A stretch of 62,854 nucleotides of DNA, filler included, from Hyphochytrium catenoides (taxonomy: Eukaryota > Protista > Hyphochytriomycota): assembly GCA_900088475.1 (NCBI GenBank). It is 6 parts of 6 records of this genome, joined end to end, with 100 filler letters (N's around TTAATTAATTAA, not from the genome) between each part and the next. Parts side by side here need not be neighbours in the genome. Positions count along the whole stretch, not along the records: positions 57,378 to 62,854 come from FLMG01002061.1; 5 more parts are not named here. One strand, given 5' to 3'. This document shows, in pieces, positions 57,378 to 62,854 of this stretch (positions within the stretch are counted from its first letter, which is position 1; every line of letters begins with the position of its first letter). Position numbers and translations under genes: made by a program. Below the pieces are notes generated by a model that did not search any database, was not told the origin of the DNA, and was given only the letters and a program-made list of their open reading frames with translations.

Positions 57378-60300
57378 AGAAAGAAGGTGACTACGTTTCA
57401 GGTAGGCAATAGACATGTTTGTTTGTTGCTTTTGCTCCAGCTATCCTGTCACTGCCCAGTGGTACACGCCAAACGCACACCCCGACTCTGGTCTTATTTC
57501 GCCGTGGTTCTTCTTTCCCTTCGCAATTGTCTACAGCTTGCTGGTCACCGGATGGGCAGCAACTCCTGGTCGGCACCAATACCGGGAAGGTCCTAGTCTT
57601 GGACGGCTTGAATCTGGAAGTCCAGCAAGAGATCGATTCCCCCTCGGAGGTGGACTTCGATGCGCAAGGTACCCCTTTAACTGCAGACCACTGCGACTTC
57701 TTAAACATTGTTAGCGCCGTGCTGAGTGAGGCACCACCTTGGGGTCACTCCTTATGACTGATTAAACTGAAAAGGTCTTCCTTCTGTTGCTCGGATAACA
57801 ATTGACCGTTCTTCTTTCTATTATGCCAGCGCCGTAAAAGTTGTCACCGCTTCGACCGTCTATCTATGAAAAGCCTGACTGAGTCCGTATCCTCTCTTTT
57901 TATCTTGTTCAACAGCACATTACGTTAGTTGGGTAGAGCCTGAGCTCATGACGGTGGGATACAAAGTTGCATCAGAGGAGGAAGAAGAGGAACAACCCAT
58001 TCTCTGTATCATCGAAGGAGGGAGATTCTTCGTGTTCCCTGAAGTTCCTGCCGTCTTCCCGGTTGAAGGCAGACGCCACTTCTATCAAGTCAGTTATCTG
58101 CGCGAATGGTATGAAACTTCTCCACCATGACCAGAAACAATTCCCCTCTCTCTTCCAAATGTAGTCTCCACAACCTCGATTGCGCTCTTTTCAGCTTCAT
58201 TGGTCCTTCGTCAAAGATAAGATTCGTGATGTCCGGTCTAAGCTGACCTCAGACACGCCTGCTTTGTCTGAAATGGTTCTTGTGCATCATTCTATTGGCA
58301 CTAGTAGTGCACCTTCCAATATGCCGCTCAGGGCTTGCAATAGTCTTCTTCCTGCAGTGTGCTAAGCTCTGTATATGCAATCTTCTCCAATTAGGCGGAC
58401 TTTCTTTGTCGGTTGTACTATCAGCGCGGACCTTGCCATCATCGTTTTTGATGAGGAAGATGCCGCGTGGCTCGTATGGAATCTTGCTGAAAAGTATCAG
58501 CCGCGTCTGCCAATGGATAAAGGTGTGTTTGTGCCACGAAAGTAGAGCCACTACCATGTACCACATCAAGTAGTGTGCAGCTATCTGGGAGACCTCAGAG
58601 TCACAGAGATCCTAGGATGGCTTAGCGGTACGCTTAACTCCGCGCTAACATCTTCTTGCTCACCGCGCGTAATGTTCTTCCAGATGACGAAGAAACCTTT
58701 CCCGTCGGCTTTGCACTCTCTCTTAACTCGTCCCTCCCTATCCCTGGAGACGACCCGGACGATGATCCCTGGCCCCCTGCGCCGGTCCTGCTATGTGCTA
58801 CCACTGATGGCGTCCTCCTGCCCTACGCTTACCTTGATATGAGTATCAGCAGTGAAATTCCCTTCCTTTCACCACCCGAAGCGCTGGGAGAAAGCTCTGG
58901 AAGGGAGTTAGAGGAACAAGATTACGATAATGGCGAAGAAGGGGAAGAAGAGGAAGGTGGTGCGAAGGAAGAAGAGGATGGCCAACAGGAGGCAGCCGAG
59001 AGCCATGAAGAGCGTGAGGATTCTGAAGAAGAGGAGAGGAGAAGTGACGAGGAGAACGTGTTCGCCTCAGGAGCTGAATCTGATGAAGATTCCGACCTAG
59101 AAAGAGCAGAGGCCGCTGAAGAGGCAGCCGCGGCCTTCACTCAAATTGACAAGGAAGAGAGTGGGAAGATCGCTTCCTCCTTATTTCCTTCACTGTATGA
59201 AGCGCTGGGCTCAACCTACTGCGAGGAGACACACTCAAAGATAATCCCTAGACTTTCCAAGAATGGGTACATAGCGAAGCAGGACTTCATTGACTGGTAC
59301 GTCCATTTTCTTCTAGACGAAGAGGAAGAAAGCGATGAGGAAGAGGAAGAGAGAAGAGAAGTGGACGAGGAGGAAGCGAAAAAGCCTCTGAGCGAACTCT
59401 TTAAGGTGGACAGTGACAGCTGGAAGTGCCCTGTTTGTATGGTGCCGAACAAGAAAGACGCCAATAAGTGTGTAGCTTGCGAGAGCCCCAATCCTAACGC
59501 CAAGGACGACACCCAGAAAAAAGGTGGCGGTTTCGCTGGGAAGTCAATCGACTTTGGAGGTTCTCAGGCATCGTCATCTTCGTCCTCAACCACCCCGCAG
59601 TTTAGCTTCGGTATAGCTAGCGGCCAGCCCATCTCATTTTCCTTCGGGAATGGCAGCTCCTCAACTGCCCCTTCGTCTTCATTTACTCCTTCCACCTCCA
59701 CGTCCTTTGGCTTTACTTTCAACAGTGCAGCGACCAGTAGCCAAGGGGTTGGCGGAGGATTCTCTTTCGGTCCCACTTCCACTCCTCTGACGACCCCGTT
59801 AAAGGTGAGCAACGCGGAAGAGGAAGAAGACAGGACTGTGAAAGTCGAAGGCAAAGAAGATGATGGAGAAGAGGAGAGAAGAAGTGATGAAGAAAATGAA
59901 TTTGCTTCTGGTGCCGAGTCGGAGGGTGACTCGGAGGCAGAGAAAGAAGAGGCCAAGGAGGAGGCTGTTGCTGCCTTTGAAACCATCGATAAAGACGGAG
60001 AAGGCGAGGTTCCTTCCTCTCTCTTTCCTTCTCTCTTTGAAGCATTGGGCTCTACGTACTGCGAAGAGACACATTCAAGGATAATTCCAAAGATCTCTGA
60101 TGACGGAAAGATTTATAAAGAGCGATTTGTCAACTGGTACGTTGATTTTCTCTTCAGCGAAGAAGACGAGGAAAGTGATGATGAGACTGACGAAGACGCG
60201 TTGAGGCATACAAAGACTGAAGAAACTAAGCCTCTCAGCGAGCTCTTCAAGGTAGACAGCGACAGTTGGAAGTGTTCTGTCTGTATGGTGCAGAACAAGA

Positions 60301-62854
60301 AAGAAGCAAAACAATGCGTCGCCTGCGAAAGCCCCAACCCCGACGCTAAGTCCTCAGCCCAGCAGGAAGGTGGAGGCCTTTTTAGTAAGCCCTTTGACTT
60401 GGGAAAGAAAGGACAGACATCCGGCTTTACTTTTGGTTTGAGTGGTGAAGGCGCAACGTTGTCCTCCGCTCCCTCGTCGGCTGCCACTGCCGGGGCTCCC
60501 TTCGCTTCCTTTTCTTTTACCGGTCAGGCGCCTACCTTCGGACAAGGGGGTGGCGGAGGGTTCTCGTTCAATCCGAGCCAATCCTCGGGAGGCGGAGGGT
60601 TTAGCTTCACACCTTCACAGCCTTCATCTGGAGGTGGAGGTTTCAAGTTCGGCCCCACTCACGAGCAAGGGGCAGCTGTTGGCGGGTTTACGTTCAAGCC
60701 TTCCCAGCCTTCGGAGGGTGAGAAGCTGGACAAGAAAACCGAATCGAAGAGGGGAGAGGTTCAAAGTACAAAGGCGGAAGAGAAACCACAAAAGGAAGCA
60801 GAGACATCGAAGATATCTTCCAGTGCATATCCTCCTGACATGAGCAAGAAACCACCCCCTAAGGTCCCAGCCACCCTAGGCGTCAAGGCTGGCGGCTCGG
60901 CTTACCCTCCAGATCTCTCCTCAAAGCCTGCTCCTTCTCCTTTCTCCTTCAAACCTCAACCTTCTCCTCCTCGCGGCGGCTCTTCGTCGGCCTATCCACC
61001 CGACATGAGCAAGGCCCCTCCACCGAAGGTTCCCGCCTCGTTTGGGGCCAAGCCTTCTTCCTCCGCCTATCCTCCTGACATGAGCAAGGCTCCTCCTCCA
61101 AAAGTCCCTGCCTCCTTGGGAGCTAAAGCTACGGCTTCGTCTTCTGCCTACCCTCCCGACATGAGTAAGGCTCCTCCGCCTAAAGTCCCAGCCTCACTTG
61201 GAGCTAAAGCTCCATCTTCTACGTCTGCCTACCCTCCCGACATGAGCAAAGCTCCTCCGCCTAAGGTTCCTGCCTCCCTTGGAGCTAAAGCTCCGTCTTC
61301 CTCATTTGCCTATCCGCCTGATATGAGCAAAGCACCTCCCCCTGCACCTCTTCATTTTGGTGGTGAGGCAAAGACTTCCACTTCTGCCTCTGCTCCTGCC
61401 AAGTCTAAGGAAGCTCCGCAACCCCCATTCAACTTTGGAGGCAGTGCTTTGTCATCTGGAGCAACTGCGCCTTCGTGGAGTTTCTCTCCCACACCCACGC
61501 CCACGGGGTCTTCTTCGCCCTACCCGCCTGATCTGTCTAAGAAGGCGCCTCCAATGGCATTCTCGTTTGGCTCGCAGAAAGAGGAGACAACTACAGCCAA
61601 GACCTCGGTATCCTCCTCTGCCTATCCCCCTGACATGAGCAAAGCCCCGCCGCCCCCTCCACCCTCCCAGCTAACTGCCAAACCTAAGGCCACAACATCA
61701 TTGTACCCGCCGGATATGTCAAAGACAGCCGCTCCTCCAGCTCCTTTCTCGTTCTCTTCTACCGCCTCTTCTTCTTCTTCATATCCTCCAGACCTCAGCA
61801 AGCACCCTGCTCCAAAGGTTCCGGCAGGGCTCAATGGCAAAGGGAAAGAAGCGTCAACAGGATCGACACCTGCATCCTCCGCTTTCTCCTCATTTAGCAA
61901 CAAAGCTTCTTCTGGCGCGGCTCCCTCTCTCTCCTTCGGTGGAATTGAGAAGGAGGGATCTGGGTTCAACTTCTCAGCCTTTCAGCCCGCCTTAGGGGCC
62001 GTAGGACAACTGGGCGGGGAGAAACCTGAGCAAAAGAAGACAGGGCAAGAGGCAACCGTCTCCAAAGGTAGAACAGCTCGCTATTATCATTATGCCGCTC
62101 TGTATATGACGTCCCCCTCCCTTATGCACGTTTAACCTAGCTTCAGCGGCCAAAATAATATCGACTACGGCTAAAGCAGACGCGACGGGAAGTGGAAAAG
62201 GTAGAGTCCAATTCAGTATCTGGAGCTCACTTAGTGTCCGCACTATCTAACGACCTGGGTTCGTAACGTCTTTATGTTTTTACGGGCTTTCTGCACTTCC
62301 ACGTTCTACTTCCAAGTCGCTTTTGCTACCTTTCTCCTTTCTCGTTATGTCGGGCCTCATTTTTACTTTTACGTTGGTGCTTTCTTCCGCATGGTGGACT
62401 AATCCGGCTCAATCTGCCTGCGTACAGTTGAGAGTTCTCTCTCCGAGCTGCCACAGCTGCCACGGTCCTCTGAGCCTCCGAAAGTGGTAAGGGCCAGCCT
62501 CCTCGATTAGGATCTTGCGCTCAACTTCATCAAACACCTGCTCGCCCCGTCTGTCATTTCCTCTGTCTTTGGGCTGCACTCCGCGATTATGCTAATCAGC
62601 AGCCTGGCTCCTCCTTTTGCCTTTTGCCATTGTCAAATGTGCCTCACTGTTTGCAGAGCTTCGCAAAGGGCAAAGCGAGCAATGAGATGGAGTCACAAAT
62701 TTGGGCGCTGATCACGGACTTTCACAAGGATATAGTGGAGGTCGAAAACCACTCTTCTTGGCATTGCGGTCCTTTCCTACCCTTATCCTTTTCTAGCGCT
62801 GAACAAGTGCCCTTCCTCTTCTGTGTCTGTGTCTTCCTCAGCGGATTTGGTGGT
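57378..62854 (+). CDS. FG nucleoporin, probably Nup214/Nup159-like; multi-exon, partial; large exon ~58684-62067
   Basis: Upstream small exons encode beta-propeller-like pieces (ACWSPDGQQLLVGTNTG, FYQVSYLREW), and the large exon begins with ETFPVGFAL...PAPVLLCATTDGVLLPY, which resembles the end of the Nup214 propeller. It then has two RanBP2-type fingers (WKCPVCMVPN...KCVACESP, WKCSVCMVQN...QCVACESP), FSFG/GGFSF repeats and YPPD repeats. A likely donor lies at 62068. Confidence 0.75.
59025..60350 (+). repeat. Coding internal duplication (period ~840 nt) of an acidic, EF-hand-like and RanBP2 zinc-finger module
   Basis: EEERRSDEEN.FASGAES...AF..IDK...G...SSLFPSL.EALGSTYCEETHS.IIP....DG.I....F..WYV.FL...KPLSELFKVDSDSWKC occurs at 59025-59505 and 59865-60350. 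Confidence 0.92.
60820..61825 (+). repeat. Eleven YPPD(M/L)S peptide repeats (core 72-81 nt units SSAYPPDMSKAPPPKVPASLGAK)
   Basis: Counted directly in the 58656..62135 translation. Synonymous variation between copies suggests constraint at the protein level. Confidence 0.92.

Noticed and set aside
58656-58683. TTG start of the 1159-aa ORF as the true gene start
   Set aside because: The ORF is an internal exon. A pyrimidine-rich acceptor (ttcttccag, 58683) and upstream propeller-like exons indicate splicing.

Overview
This is eukaryotic, intron-containing genomic DNA and not a prokaryotic locus. It is not one continuous locus either. Five artificial 100-bp spacers (N44-TTAATTAATTAA-N44) join six unrelated scaffolds: 1-7464, 7565-20258, 20359-44164, 44265-51269, 51370-57277 and 57378-62854. 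Gene content suggests a sterol-synthesising stramenopile of the oomycete/hyphochytrid type (inference). Scaffold 1 holds a spliced ERCC6/CSB/Rad26 SNF2 helicase with an extra UBZ4-type zinc finger. Scaffold 2 holds a decayed Ty1/copia gag-protease fragment interrupted by a TIR-bounded MITE, and an intronless 1181-aa receptor fusing two PstS-like phosphate-binding domains to a class C GPCR 7TM domain. That receptor is the most striking item and is a candidate extracellular phosphate-sensing GPCR. Scaffold 3 holds an AAAP amino-acid permease, a secreted protein with two CBM1 modules and an unassigned glycoside-hydrolase-like domain, two paralogous multi-pass membrane genes, a giant-virus-like (Bro-N-like) gene remnant, and decayed duplicated sequence. 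Scaffold 4 holds the last exon of a CYP710/ERG5-type P450 and a presenilin with an extra helical domain in its loop. Scaffold 5 holds part of a ferroportin gene inflated by (GA/CT)n introns. Scaffold 6 holds a Nup214-like nucleoporin with a duplicated EF-hand plus RanBP2 zinc-finger module and 11 YPPD repeats. Most short ORFs in the supplied track are artefacts of microsatellites or of antisense frames. All family assignments come from motif recognition by eye and no database searches were run.
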